Shown here piece by piece: positions 15,805 through 25,895 of a stretch of 64,000 nucleotides of DNA. The stretch lies in NCBI GenBank assembly GCA_041658665.1, contig JBAZZR010000001.1:192576-256575 (forward strand), read 5' to 3'. The first letter of the stretch is position 1, and the number at the start of each line of letters is the position of its first letter. A model generated the notes under the pieces. It worked only from the letters and a program-made list of their open reading frames with translations, had not been told where the DNA came from and did not search any database. The position numbers were made by a program, and so were the translations under genes. This DNA comes from Patescibacteria group bacterium (GTDB lineage Bacteria > Patescibacteriota > Patescibacteriia > Patescibacteriales > UBA12465).

Positions 15805-17586
15805 TTAAGAGTGATCTTTTATTTTAGTTAAAATTTCCGCTATAAAATCGGATCGCTTAATTTCTCGGTTCAGAGCGCTCCCGCGGTCGCGGACAGTTAA
15901 GATATCGGCATTAGCTTCTTTATCGCCAACGACGAGCATATAGGGAATTTTTTCGTTAGTCGCTTTTCTAATTTTATTGCCGACGGTTTCATTCGCGTCA
16001 TCGAGCTCGACGCGACAGCCTTTTTCTTTTAATTCCGCCGCTAATTTTTGGGCGGCCGGAATATGATTTTCGGCGACAGAAATTATTTTTACTTGAACGG
16101 GCGCCAGCCAGACGGGGAAAGCGCCGGCACATCTCTCGATTAGAAAAGCGATAGTGCGTTCAATGGCGCCGACGGAAGAACGATGGATAACGATTGGTTC
16201 TTCTTCGCGCCCGTCCGAGGCGGTATAAACTAATTTAAATCTTTTTGGCATCACGAAATCATATTGGACAGTAAAGGCGGTATCTTCTTTGCCAAGGGTG
16301 TTTTTCATTTGGATATCAATTTTCGGTCCATAGAAAGCGGCTTCGCCGCTAGCTTCATAACTTTGGACGGAGCGGTTTTTTACTACTTTTCTTAAGACTG
16401 CTTCGGCTTGGTCCCAGGCCGCGTCGTCCTTATAATATTTTTCATTGTCGTGTTTGTCGCCAAGCGAAAGACGATAGCGGTAATCTTGATTGGCCTGGAA
16501 GCCTAAGACGCTAGCAACATATTCTATTAAGTCCAGCGCTCCATTAATTTCTTGTTCCGCCTGATCGACTCGAGCGATGATATGAGCATCAGCTAGACAA
16601 AAACTGCGGACCCGGATTAGCCCCGAGAGTTCGCCGGATTGTTCATAGCGATAAAGTTTAGCGAGTTCGGCAATACGCATCGGCAGCTGCCGGTAACTAC
16701 GCGGCTGTGATTTATAGAGTTCGAAATGATGAGGGCAAGTCATTGGTCGCAGCATAAATTCGTCCTCGTCAATTTTAATCGGAGCATACATCGAGTCTTT
16801 ATAATAAGGATAATGGCCGGAAGTTTTGTAAAGGTCGATTTTAGCGATATCCGGAGTATAAACATGGTGATAACCGCGCCGCAGCTCTTCGTCGACGATA
16901 AAACGTTCTAATTCCCGGCGGATGATCGCGCCTTTTTCGGTCCAGAGCGGTAGGCCTTTACCGACTAGATCCGAGAAGACGAAGAGATCGAGTTCTTTAC
17001 CTAATTTTCGATGGTCTCTTTTTTCTGCTTCGCTTAACATTTTTAGATAGTCAGCCAGTTCTTCTTTAGTCTCGTAAGCTAAACCGTAAATTCTGGTTAA
17101 CATTTTATTTTTTTCATTTCCCCGCCAGTAAGCGCCGGCCAGTTTATGTAATTTAAAGCTACCCGGTTTAATTTGATTAGTATTAGGGACATGCGGTCCG
17201 CGGCAGAGGTCGGTAAATTTTCCCACGGTATAATAGCTGACGACAGTTTCGCCGCCCGTTTTCAAATCACGGATTAGTTCCGCTTTATAAATTTCGCCGG
17301 CGGCTGTTTCTTTTTTTAACGCTTCGTTAATACTGAGATCCGTTTTTTCAAATTTTAGATTTTGTTTAATAAGGAAATTCATCTTTTTTTCGATTTCTTT
17401 CAGGTCACTATCGCTAATTTTAATTTCGCCGTAGTCGATATCATAATAAAAGCCGTTGTCTATCGCCGGGCCGATTGATAATTTTACCGCCGGCCATAAT
17501 TCTTTGACCGCGGCCGCGAGCAAGTGCGACAAAGAGTGACGTTTAACTTCAATTTTTATTTCCTCTTTTATTTCGTTTTTTGGCAT
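15805..17586 (-). CDS. thrS: Threonyl-tRNA synthetase
   Basis: 593 aa with an editing/second-additional domain 'HSLSHLLA', class II core motifs ('FMLRPMTCPHH', 'RVRSFCLADAHI', 'HRSSVGAIERTIAFLIE') and a C-terminal anticodon-binding domain. Confidence 0.95.
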   Translation of the reverse strand: MPKNEIKEEIKIEVKRHSLSHLLAAAVKELWPAVKLSIGPAIDNGFYYDIDYGEIKISDSDLKEIEKKMNFLIKQNLKFEKTDLSINEALKKETAAGEIYKAELIRDLKTGGETVVSYYTVGKFTDLCRGPHVPNTNQIKPGSFKLHKLAGAYWRGNEKNKMLTRIYGLAYETKEELADYLKMLSEAEKRDHRKLGKELDLFVFSDLVGKGLPLWTEKGAIIRRELERFIVDEELRRGYHHVYTPDIAKIDLYKTSGHYPYYKDSMYAPIKIDEDEFMLRPMTCPHHFELYKSQPRSYRQLPMRIAELAKLYRYEQSGELSGLIRVRSFCLADAHIIARVDQAEQEINGALDLIEYVASVLGFQANQDYRYRLSLGDKHDNEKYYKDDAAWDQAEAVLRKVVKNRSVQSYEASGEAAFYGPKIDIQMKNTLGKEDTAFTVQYDFVMPKRFKLVYTASDGREEEPIVIHRSSVGAIERTIAFLIERCAGAFPVWLAPVQVKIISVAENHIPAAQKLAAELKEKGCRVELDDANETVGNKIRKATNEKIPYMLVVGDKEANADILTVRDRGSALNREIKRSDFIAEILTKIKDHS

Positions 17587-17610
17587 AGATTTAAATTTTA
17601 TTAATATTTT

Positions 17611-17793
17611 AAAAAATCCCGTCCTCGTTAAAACAGCTGATTATCTGTTTTAGCTAGGACGGGACTATTTGTCTCGCGGTTCCACCTGGCTTCTTCCGGC
17701 TTTTAACGCCGGAAACTCTTATTTTTATGCGCTTTAGGAATTCTCTTAGAGCCGAGGGCTCTAATCGCGTTTGGTCGACGCGACAATCAGCGT
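17611..17793 (-). promoter_or_regulatory. T-box riboswitch leader of thrS (antiterminator/terminator switch)
   Basis: On the minus strand, 'GCCAGGUGGAACCGCGAGAC' (plus coords 17675..17686 = CGCGGTTCCACC) matches the T-box core GGUGGnACCGCG. An alternative antiterminator (GCGAGAC/GUCCCGU plus GCCAGG/CCUAGC) overlaps the 5' arm of the terminator UCCCGUCCU...AGGACGGGA+U6 (plus 17611..17664). A candidate Thr specifier ACC lies at plus 17773..17775. Confidence 0.7.
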
Positions 17794-17799
17794 ATTAGA

Positions 17800-17828
17800 A
17801 TTATAAAGGGTTTTTTATTTTTTGTAAA
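17800..17828 (-). promoter_or_regulatory. Candidate sigma70-type promoter for the thrS leader
   Basis: The minus strand reads TTTACA-17 nt-TATAAT. Confidence 0.5.
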
Positions 17829-17857
17829 TATAGACCGGGTTTTTAGTTTTTGTTTCT

Positions 17858-18562
17858 TTAACCTTTAGCTAAGACTAAGCCATAAATTTCTGTGGCGCCC
17901 GCTACTTGTAGAGCGGCCGCCGCCGCGTTTAAAGTTGCCCCCGTCGTCGTTATATCATCAATCAAGATAATAATTTTATCGTTTAAACTAATTATTGGTG
18001 TTTTAGTCTTTTCATAATAAAATACTCCTGACCAATTGGCACGCCGCGTTTTCTCGTCTAAAGTCGCTTGAGCGGGGCGGTCTTTAATTCTTTGTAAATT
18101 TAAATTAAGGCCGTAGCCTAATTTCGTACTTAAAGCCCGAGCCAGAATTTCCGCTTGGTTAAAACCGCGCCAGCGCTCACGTCGTTTTGTTAGCGGGATA
18201 GGAATTAAAATTATTTTTTCGGCCGGAGAGGTTTTCAGGGTTTTTAAAAGCGGATATATTTTTTCCGTATTTTCATTAAGCCAAAATCGAGTTAAAAATT
18301 GGGCTAAAATTTCTCCGAGACGACTTAGGAAATGATATTTATATTTTTTAATTAATTCTGCTAAAAGTTCGTCCTGATAGTCGCCGGCGATAAAAATTTC
18401 TCGAAGCTTATTTTTTTCTAAAGTCGCTCCTCGCTCTTCGGTATTGAATTTTAGTTGCGCTAAACAAATCGGACAGAGCAGCCCGCCCGCCCGACGGCAA
18501 GCCAGGCATTCTTCAGGAAAAATAAGTTCCAGTAGGAAGTTTTTGAGTCGGCCCGTCTTCAT
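17858..18562 (-). CDS. comFC: ComF family protein (phosphoribosyltransferase-like, ComFC)
   Basis: An N-terminal 4-Cys cluster 'CLACRR...CPIC' and the C-terminal PRTase motif 'IILIDDITTTGATL'. Confidence 0.85.
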   Translation of the reverse strand: MKTGRLKNFLLELIFPEECLACRRAGGLLCPICLAQLKFNTEERGATLEKNKLREIFIAGDYQDELLAELIKKYKYHFLSRLGEILAQFLTRFWLNENTEKIYPLLKTLKTSPAEKIILIPIPLTKRRERWRGFNQAEILARALSTKLGYGLNLNLQRIKDRPAQATLDEKTRRANWSGVFYYEKTKTPIISLNDKIIILIDDITTTGATLNAAAAALQVAGATEIYGLVLAKG

Positions 18563-18575
18563 ATTAACGCGGCGC

Positions 18576-19814
18576 TTATTTTAACCGCACTTGATATATT
18601 TGGCCGGTTTTTTTATCGGTAAAATAGAGATAGTCGCCGCTGGGGGCGATAATTTGTGAGATATTAAAAGTTCCGTCGGGCACAGCGATTAATTCTTTAG
18701 TGCCGTTGTCTAAATTTACTTTATATAAATTATCTTTAGTCTTATCGGCTAATTCCGGGAATAGTCCCGCCCCCTCCGGTAAATTTTCTGGAACGGCGCA
18801 ATAAACTTCGGTGTTGGAGGCGAAAGTACATTTATCGGCCCAAGTATTTAAGTTAATGCGGCGACGGTTTTGATTAATTGTATCGCCGGCCGCGTCGACG
18901 ACCCAAAGACTAGGGTTCATATTATTAGAACTGCTATAAACGCTATAAAGTAAACGGTCGCCGCTCGTTGACCACTGCGATCTTAAACCACGTCCTTCAA
19001 TTAGGGTTGATTTAAAATTTTCTCCGTTTAAGCCAACAAAAAATATTTCTTGCCGATCGAAATCGACTCCTTGAGTATATAAAGCGATAATTTGTTTATT
19101 GGGCGACCAAGCCGGATAGACGGTTTTATCATTACTACCGATATTTTCAATTGTTTTAGCTTTCGAACCGTCGTCGCCAGAAACGATTAGCCAGTTATTT
19201 TCCGGGTCTAGGCCTAAACTTTTAGCGACAATTTGTTGGCTGTCGGGCGAAAAAGAAAAATTTTGCCAATGGGAGGGCAGAGTCACCTGCTCCTTAGTTT
19301 GGAAATTATAGACGATTTTATGGCCGTCCGGGTATTCTAAAATCGCCTTGTCTCGGCTATTAGCCCAGACGACATTTTCGACATTATAAAAAACTTTATC
19401 GCTTAGTAAACTGACTTGGCCGTTTTTATCAATTTTATAAAAGCGATTGTCGTCCTGGTTATAGTATTGTAATCCGCCGTCTTTGGCCGTGGTCGGATTC
19501 AACGAGCGAGAGTCCACTAAGGAGTTAGTTTTAGTTAAGCCACCAACGGCTAAATTACTTGGTTCGTTAGGATTAGGCGGGCCGGACGGCGTGACGCCTC
19601 CGGGTAGTAGTCCCGTCCCAGTCGCCTGATTATTGGTGCTAGTTCCTAAACCGGCTTGTGGCAGGCCATTAATATTTTCCGCGTCGGGGTTTACCGGCAC
19701 CAGCGGCGCGGCGGGGCGGAAAAAAACTTGCCAAAGAAGGTAGCCGATAAGACCGACTAAAATTAAAAAGCCGAGAGCGAGAAAAAGTTTTTTATAACGG
19801 CTAAAAAAATTCAT
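18576..19814 (-). CDS. Membrane-anchored TolB-like beta-propeller (PD40 repeat) protein
   Basis: An N-terminal TM helix and a Pro/Gly-rich linker are followed by repeated 'FSFSPDSQQIV', 'YPAWSPNKQII' and 'QWSTSGDRLLY' PD40-like blades. Confidence 0.6.
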   Translation of the reverse strand: MNFFSRYKKLFLALGFLILVGLIGYLLWQVFFRPAAPLVPVNPDAENINGLPQAGLGTSTNNQATGTGLLPGGVTPSGPPNPNEPSNLAVGGLTKTNSLVDSRSLNPTTAKDGGLQYYNQDDNRFYKIDKNGQVSLLSDKVFYNVENVVWANSRDKAILEYPDGHKIVYNFQTKEQVTLPSHWQNFSFSPDSQQIVAKSLGLDPENNWLIVSGDDGSKAKTIENIGSNDKTVYPAWSPNKQIIALYTQGVDFDRQEIFFVGLNGENFKSTLIEGRGLRSQWSTSGDRLLYSVYSSSNNMNPSLWVVDAAGDTINQNRRRINLNTWADKCTFASNTEVYCAVPENLPEGAGLFPELADKTKDNLYKVNLDNGTKELIAVPDGTFNISQIIAPSGDYLYFTDKKTGQIYQVRLK

Positions 19815-19894
19815 ATTCTACTTGTTTATTGTTTCTAAATATTATATAATTTAAGCACATCACCATTATATACTAAGCGCAGGGATAATTCAAT

Positions 19895-20986
19895 TTGAAT
19901 CAGAATTTTTTATTTACGTTTATGAGTTTGTTTTCTTTCGGTGGGGACAATCTTTTTTTAGGCATTGATATTGGAGACTCGTCTTTGAAAATGGTTGAGC
20001 TAGAGAAAAGGAATCGTCAGATTTATTTGACTAATTACGCTTTTAGCGAAACGGTGAGCGAGGTCAATTTCATGAAAGTTGACGATATTAATTATTTGGC
20101 GCAGGCGATTAATAAAGTTAGATTAGAAGCGGGAATTAAAGCGACGCGCGTGACAGCGTCTTTACCGACTTTTGCGGTTTTTTCTTCGATTATTAATATT
20201 AATAGTTCGGACAAGAAAAAATTGGCCGGGATAATTAATGAGGAGGCTAAAAAAGTAATCCCGCTACCCTTAGAGGAGATGACTTTAGATTGGAAAATCG
20301 TCACGGACGAAGGCGCTAAATCCGCCAAACGCGATAGCGCCCGCGATGGTCTCCGGGTATTTTTAACCGGCAGTCCTAAAAAATTAGTTCGTAAATACAT
20401 TGATATTTTTCGGGCCGCTAAATTAAATTTATTAAGTCTAGAAACGGAGACTTTTTCTTTAGTTAGGTCGCTAGTCGGCGACGATAAATCGACGGTTATG
20501 ATCGTGGAAATTGGCGCTAATAGCACGGATCTTTCGATCGTTAAAGAAAGTATCCCGGTTCTTAACCGAAGTTTAGCCGTTTGCGGGGCAACAGTGACTA
20601 AAGCCTTATCGGAAAAATTAGGTTTAAGTTTTACGCAAGCGGAACAATTTAAATTAGACTTAAGCGGGGCGCTGAGCGCTGATAGTCGCGAGGAATTGCC
20701 GCAGCTAGTGGCTAAAACTCTCGATCCGGTCGTCGTCGAAATTCAGTATATGTTAGATTTTTTTCATTCGCAAAATAGTGGTCCGGTAGAAAAAATAATC
20801 TTGTCCGGCGGCGGCGCCTTACTTTTAAATTTAGCCGATTATTTAGCCAAGCGCCTTAATCTCCAAGTTATTATCGGTGATCCTTGGAGCCGGATTCGCT
20901 ACGCCGAAGAATTGCGACCGGTTTTAAGCGAAGTCGGACCGCGCTTAGCCGTGGCGATTGGTTTAGCGATGCGCGAAATAGAATAA
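19895..20986 (+). CDS. pilM: Type IV pilus assembly protein PilM (actin-like ATPase fold)
   Basis: Contains 'LGIDIGDSSLKMVEL', 'VEIGANSTDLSIV' and 'IILSGGGALL'. The listed start is TTG; an alternative ATG is at 19922. Confidence 0.8.
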   Translation: MNQNFLFTFMSLFSFGGDNLFLGIDIGDSSLKMVELEKRNRQIYLTNYAFSETVSEVNFMKVDDINYLAQAINKVRLEAGIKATRVTASLPTFAVFSSIININSSDKKKLAGIINEEAKKVIPLPLEEMTLDWKIVTDEGAKSAKRDSARDGLRVFLTGSPKKLVRKYIDIFRAAKLNLLSLETETFSLVRSLVGDDKSTVMIVEIGANSTDLSIVKESIPVLNRSLAVCGATVTKALSEKLGLSFTQAEQFKLDLSGALSADSREELPQLVAKTLDPVVVEIQYMLDFFHSQNSGPVEKIILSGGGALLLNLADYLAKRLNLQVIIGDPWSRIRYAEELRPVLSEVGPRLAVAIGLAMREIE

Positions 20987-21086
20987 GGATAGAATAAGTT
21001 TAGTTAGATCAAGAGAAAAAATAAATTTAGTCTAGTTCAGAAAAAATAAATTAGCGTCTGCTTACGCAGGCCATAAAATAACTTTC

Positions 21087-21740
21087 ATGTTTTTTGGGAA
21101 GCTAAAAAATAAAATTTTTAAAAACGGCGGCTCCTTAAAGAATCCGAAGATTTTAGAGGTTAACCTAGTTAAAGATAATATCGCGGTTTCTTTTGATTGG
21201 GGCACTAATATTTTAGTCTTAGTTTTGACGCTGGCTTTAGCGAGTGTCTTAGTCGCCGAAATTTATTTCGGTTTGAACTGGTGGAATAAACAGGAGTCGC
21301 TTAAAATCGTAGCGTTAAAAACGGAAGCGGATAAAATTAACCAAACGGCGAACCAAATTAAACAGCAAGCGGCCGTGGCGCTAGACTATAAAGATCGTTC
21401 CGTAGTCTTTATTAATCTGATGGACAATCATGTTCATTGGACTAATTTTTTTAGTTGGCTGGAGAAGCGGACGCTCAGTAACGTAAAATATGATGGTTTT
21501 GGCGGAGACTTAAGCGGCACTTATTTACTCGCGGCGACGACCCCGACTCTCGCCGACGTTTCTTGGCAGGTTAATTCTTTTTTAAAGGATAGTTTAGTCG
21601 AGACGGTCGAAGTCGGCGGAGCGGCGTTTGGGAAAGGGGAGGATAAGACGAAGCGCGGCCAGGTTAGTTTTTCTTTATCTTTAACCGTTAAACCGGAGTT
21701 GTTTAAGAATAAATATGACGAGCCGAAATCAAAAAAATAA
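21087..21740 (+). CDS. PilN-like pilus assembly protein
   Basis: A short cytoplasmic N-terminus with 'LEVNLV' (resembling the PilM-binding INLLP motif), a single TM helix and a periplasmic-type domain. The call rests partly on its position after pilM. Confidence 0.5.
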   Translation: MFFGKLKNKIFKNGGSLKNPKILEVNLVKDNIAVSFDWGTNILVLVLTLALASVLVAEIYFGLNWWNKQESLKIVALKTEADKINQTANQIKQQAAVALDYKDRSVVFINLMDNHVHWTNFFSWLEKRTLSNVKYDGFGGDLSGTYLLAATTPTLADVSWQVNSFLKDSLVETVEVGGAAFGKGEDKTKRGQVSFSLSLTVKPELFKNKYDEPKSKK

Positions 21741-22329
21741 TAGCCAACTTAATCAATTTTTGAATGATTATTCTAACGCGCTTATCGCGGTAATTTTAAT
21801 TTTATTTCTGGCGGCCGCTTATTGGTTTCTTTTATATCCGAAATTTTTAACTATTCAGTCATCTTTAAAAACCGCCGGGGAAGAAACGCAGAATCTTTAT
21901 AATATTTATTGGCAGAAATTAGTTAATTTAAAGTCGGTTAATGAGAGTTATAAAAAAATCAGCGCGGTTGATTTGCAAAAATTTAATAGTGTTTTGCCAG
22001 ATGAATACGTTCCGGAGCGGTTATTCGGCGAATTAGAAGAAATTGTTAGTCGGGGGGGCTGGCTTATCGGTAATATTAGCCTTAAACCCGTGAAAATAGC
22101 CGCGCCGGCTTTATTTTCTAGCAGTACGCCGATTACTTTTTCTAATAAAAAATTAAACGCGATTAGCGTCAGCCTTTCTATCTCGGCTATTGATTATCAG
22201 GGTTTGAAAAATTTATTAAAAATTTTAGAAAATAATTTACGTTTGTTCGATGTGACGAGCGTTAGTTTTTCGCCGTCCAGTAATAGTGTTAATTTAGTCC
22301 TCACGACTTATTATTACGCCGCTAAATAA
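21715..22329 (+). CDS. PilO-like pilus assembly protein
   Basis: Single TM helix, then a coiled-coil-like segment and an alpha/beta domain. It overlaps the preceding gene by 26 nt. The call is positional. Confidence 0.45.
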   Translation: MTSRNQKNNSQLNQFLNDYSNALIAVILILFLAAAYWFLLYPKFLTIQSSLKTAGEETQNLYNIYWQKLVNLKSVNESYKKISAVDLQKFNSVLPDEYVPERLFGELEEIVSRGGWLIGNISLKPVKIAAPALFSSSTPITFSNKKLNAISVSLSISAIDYQGLKNLLKILENNLRLFDVTSVSFSPSSNSVNLVLTTYYYAAK

Positions 22330-22338
22330 TCCGCCCTT

Positions 22339-22737
22339 ATGAGAACTAGTTTTAAATTTATTTTATATTTTCTGCTCCTACTCCTAGTTTTAGGAACGGT
22401 CGGCCTTTTTTTAGGTAAAGATCCGGTCGCGGATAATTTATATAAATCGGCCGGTTTAGATCTCACGGTCAGTACGTCGACCGTCGTCGCGACCGATAAA
22501 CTTAATTTTGATTATTTAAAATCTCCCGCCTTAACACCTTTAGTCAACCAGGTAATTAATTTTAATTTTGATAATATCTGTTGGCGGCCGGACGGTTTTA
22601 AGCCCGCCGTCTTTGTCAGCAGCCCGGCGGACAATGCGGATCCGGCGGCGAGCAGTACGGAGGGGAATATAGAGAGCCCCATTGATATTTGTCGGCTCGG
22701 TAATGGCGCACCTTTTATTGTTAAGAAAGCTAAATAA
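22339..22737 (+). CDS. Small membrane-anchored protein of the pilus cluster
   Basis: 132 aa with an N-terminal TM helix, sitting between the pilO-like gene and pilB. No family was recognised. Confidence 0.4.
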   Translation: MRTSFKFILYFLLLLLVLGTVGLFLGKDPVADNLYKSAGLDLTVSTSTVVATDKLNFDYLKSPALTPLVNQVINFNFDNICWRPDGFKPAVFVSSPADNADPAASSTEGNIESPIDICRLGNGAPFIVKKAK

Positions 22738-22739
22738 TT

Positions 22740-24503
22740 ATGGAAAGAACCGAACAGCTTTTAGCTTTATTGCAAGAGCAAAAAATTATTGACTCGGCTA
22801 AAGCCGGCGAAATTCGGCAAGCGATTTTAAAAGACAAGAAAGACTTGAGCTCTTTTTTAATTAGTAACCAAATTATTAGCGAAGAAAAATTAACGGCGCT
22901 TAAAGCAATTTTATATAATCTTCCTTATATTGATCTCACTAACACCGAGGTAGCGGAAAAGACTTTGAATTTTTTACCAGAGGATATCGCGAATACTTAT
23001 AAAGTTGTTTGTTTTAGCCGGGAAAATCAAGTTTTGCAGGTCGGCTTAGTCGAGCCTAATTTACGGGCGATGGAGGCGATTAATTTTTTAGCGACTGACG
23101 AAAAACTACAGGTTCAGTATTTTTTAATTTCTAATACCAATTGGCAGAAAATTTTTAAGCAGTACCAGAAGATGGAGGAGGAAGTGTCGAGCGCTCTTGA
23201 AGTTAAGGCGAAAGAGGACGGCGAGGAGCTAGTGGCAATTAAATCAGAGAGTGATAGCGAAGACTTAAATAGCGCGGATATAAATAGCGCTCCGGTTTCG
23301 CGGATTGTTTCGGTTATTATTCGTCACGCTGTCGAAGCGCGCGCCTCTGATATCCACGTGGAGCCTTATGCTCAAGAAAGCCGTATCCGCTACCGTATTG
23401 ATGGTATTTTGCATACTTCTTTAGCGCTACCGAAAAGTATTCATAACTCGATAATCGCCCGTATTAAAGTTATGGCTAAATTAAAACTCGATGAAACGCG
23501 CGTGCCGCAAGACGGCCGAATTCGTTTAATTGTTAACGGGAAGGAAATCGATTTTCGTGTTTCAACGCTCCCTCTAGCTAGTTCGGAAAAAATTGTTATG
23601 AGAATTTTAGATGTTTCTAAGGGGGCGCCGGATCTTGAGGCGCTAGGTTTTAATAAATTAGCCTTGCGGCGAATCGCTGACGGGATTACTAAGACGAGCG
23701 GAATTTTATTAGTCACCGGGCCGACCGGTAGCGGTAAATCAACGACGCTTTACGCTTTACTGAATATTTTAAATAAAGAGGGGGTGAATATTTCGACGCT
23801 AGAAGATCCGATTGAGTACGAACTTAAGGGGATTAATCAGTCGCAAGTGCGGCCGAAAATAGGTTTTTCTTTTGCTAACGGGCTCAGATCTTTACTGCGT
23901 CAAGATCCGAATATTATCATGGTCGGAGAAGTCCGCGACGAAGAAACCGCGGAGTTATCAATTAATGCGGCCTTGACCGGACATTTAGTTCTTTCGACTT
24001 TACATACTAATGATGCGCTCGGGGCGATTTTTCGTCTTTTAGATATGAAGATCGAACGTTTTTTACTGTCTTCCACCCTGCGGACTTTAGTCGCGCAACG
24101 TCTCGCCCGCCGACTTTGTGAAAATTGTAAGCAGGCGGTCGCGCCGACGCCGGAGGTTAAACAAATGGTTATTGCGGAACTGCAAAAAGCGCCTTTTAAT
24201 ATCGTTAAGGAGGAGCTGCCGGAACTTGTTACTTTAGACGATCCGACGGCACAATATAAGATTTATAAAGCCGTCGGCTGTCCGCGTTGTGAAAATACCG
24301 GCTATCTCGGGCGGGTCGCTCTTTCCGAAGTAATTGAGATAAGCGAACAAGTCCGGGAATTAATTGATAATGGCGAAAAGAGTTTCGGGATTGAGACAAT
24401 TAAAAAAATTCAAGATTTTTTAGCGATTAAACAGGACGGGATTATCAAGGTTTTACAAGGAAAAACTACGATGGAAGAAATTATGCGCGTTATTGAAACT
24501 TAA
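22740..24503 (+). CDS. pilB: Type IV pilus extension ATPase PilB (GspE/T2SS-E family)
   Basis: Walker A 'GPTGSGKSTT', Asp box/Walker B 'PNIIMVGEVRDEETA', His box 'TGHLVLSTLHTND', a tetracysteine 'CENCK...CPRCENTGY', and an N-terminal T2SSE_N-like domain. Confidence 0.9.
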   Translation: MERTEQLLALLQEQKIIDSAKAGEIRQAILKDKKDLSSFLISNQIISEEKLTALKAILYNLPYIDLTNTEVAEKTLNFLPEDIANTYKVVCFSRENQVLQVGLVEPNLRAMEAINFLATDEKLQVQYFLISNTNWQKIFKQYQKMEEEVSSALEVKAKEDGEELVAIKSESDSEDLNSADINSAPVSRIVSVIIRHAVEARASDIHVEPYAQESRIRYRIDGILHTSLALPKSIHNSIIARIKVMAKLKLDETRVPQDGRIRLIVNGKEIDFRVSTLPLASSEKIVMRILDVSKGAPDLEALGFNKLALRRIADGITKTSGILLVTGPTGSGKSTTLYALLNILNKEGVNISTLEDPIEYELKGINQSQVRPKIGFSFANGLRSLLRQDPNIIMVGEVRDEETAELSINAALTGHLVLSTLHTNDALGAIFRLLDMKIERFLLSSTLRTLVAQRLARRLCENCKQAVAPTPEVKQMVIAELQKAPFNIVKEELPELVTLDDPTAQYKIYKAVGCPRCENTGYLGRVALSEVIEISEQVRELIDNGEKSFGIETIKKIQDFLAIKQDGIIKVLQGKTTMEEIMRVIET

Positions 24504-24510
24504 TTTATAT

Positions 24511-25716
24511 ATGCCCATTTTTAAATATAAAGCGGAGAATTCAAGCGGTCAGGTGAAGAGGGGAAAGATCGTCGGTTTATCGGAAAACGAAGTTAGCCTT
24601 AAATTGCGCCAGAAAGATTTAAGTATTCTTGATTTAGTCGATATTACTGACACTTTTGAGAGTAAATTTTTGCAACTTATCGCGCCGATTAAGAGCAAGG
24701 ATTTAGTAATTTTTTCCCGTCAGTTTTCGGTCATGGTTTCTGCTAACGTCCCTATCGTTGAGTCGCTGCTTATTCTTATTGACCAAACGGATAATATCTC
24801 TTTAAAGAATTTAGTTTCGAGCGTTGCCGGCGAGGTCAACGGCGGAGCTTTTTTATCCGACGCTTTAGCGCGTTATCCTAAAGTTTTTTCGGATTTTTTT
24901 GTGAACATTATCCGCTCGGGAGAAACCTCCGGTAAATTAGACGAAGTTTTAAATTATTTAGCCGATGAGACAGAAAAGAGCTATAATATGAGCTCAAAAG
25001 TCAAAGGGGCGATGATTTATCCGGCCTTTATTATTACGGCTTTAATCGGCGTCGGCATTGTTCTTTTAGTTTATGTTATTCCTAATTTAACCGCCGTGCT
25101 CGAGGAAACCGGCGCTAAATTACCGCTCTCGACCCAAATAGTTATCGCCGCTTCGGATTTTCTTAAAAATTATCTTTTTTTCATTTTTATTTTTGTCGTT
25201 ATTTTTATTGTTCTCTTGCGGCTTTATCTTAAAACTTATAATGGCCAGAGGCAAATGGATATTTTAAAATTACGTTTGCCCGTCTTTGGTCAGTTATTTA
25301 AATATATTTATTTAATTCGTTTTTCTCGTTCTCTTTCGACGTTACTTAAAGGCGGCGTAACTATTACGCGAAGTCTAGAGATAGTCGCGGCGGTAGTCGG
25401 CAACACGATTTATCGGGAATTAATCTTAGATACTTTAGAGTCGATTAACGACGGCAATCCCTTGTCCACCGTTTTCGAAAATAGTGATTATATTCCGAAA
25501 ATGGTGCCGCAGATGATGGCGGTCGGAGAAAAAACCGGTAAAGTCGACGCAATTCTCGAGCGGATTACTATTTTTTATGAGCGAGAGAGCGACGCGATGC
25601 TCGATAATTTAAGCAAATTGATGGAACCCTTTATCATGGTCGTCATGGGAGTCGGCGTCGGAGTCATGATTGCGGCGGTTCTTATGCCGATGTATAATTT
25701 AGCTAGTCAGATGTAG
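24511..25716 (+). CDS. pilC: Type IV pilus platform protein PilC (GspF family)
   Basis: Two T2SS-F repeats ('FSRQFSVMVSANVPIVESL' and 'FSRSLSTLLKGGVTITRSL') and 3 TM helices. ATG 24511 is preferred over the TTG at 24493. Confidence 0.9.
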   Translation: MPIFKYKAENSSGQVKRGKIVGLSENEVSLKLRQKDLSILDLVDITDTFESKFLQLIAPIKSKDLVIFSRQFSVMVSANVPIVESLLILIDQTDNISLKNLVSSVAGEVNGGAFLSDALARYPKVFSDFFVNIIRSGETSGKLDEVLNYLADETEKSYNMSSKVKGAMIYPAFIITALIGVGIVLLVYVIPNLTAVLEETGAKLPLSTQIVIAASDFLKNYLFFIFIFVVIFIVLLRLYLKTYNGQRQMDILKLRLPVFGQLFKYIYLIRFSRSLSTLLKGGVTITRSLEIVAAVVGNTIYRELILDTLESINDGNPLSTVFENSDYIPKMVPQMMAVGEKTGKVDAILERITIFYERESDAMLDNLSKLMEPFIMVVMGVGVGVMIAAVLMPMYNLASQM

Positions 25717-25755
25717 GCGCTAAGCGGATTTATTGTTGTGTAAAAATACGAGAAA

Positions 25756-25764
25756 TGTTATACT
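25756..25764 (+). promoter_or_regulatory. Candidate extended -10 promoter (TGTTATACT) upstream of the pilin gene
   Basis: A TGn-TATACT sequence lies about 130 nt upstream of the pilin ATG. Confidence 0.35.
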
Positions 25765-25895
25765 ATAGATAATTCTTAGCCTGTGGATAATTCATATATT
25801 ATTTTAAAATTTAAGTAAATATAATTTAATTTTTCAATTTGCGATCGACTGTTTTTAAAGACAATCGTCATCGTCAATTTTGGAAGGAGGTGACT

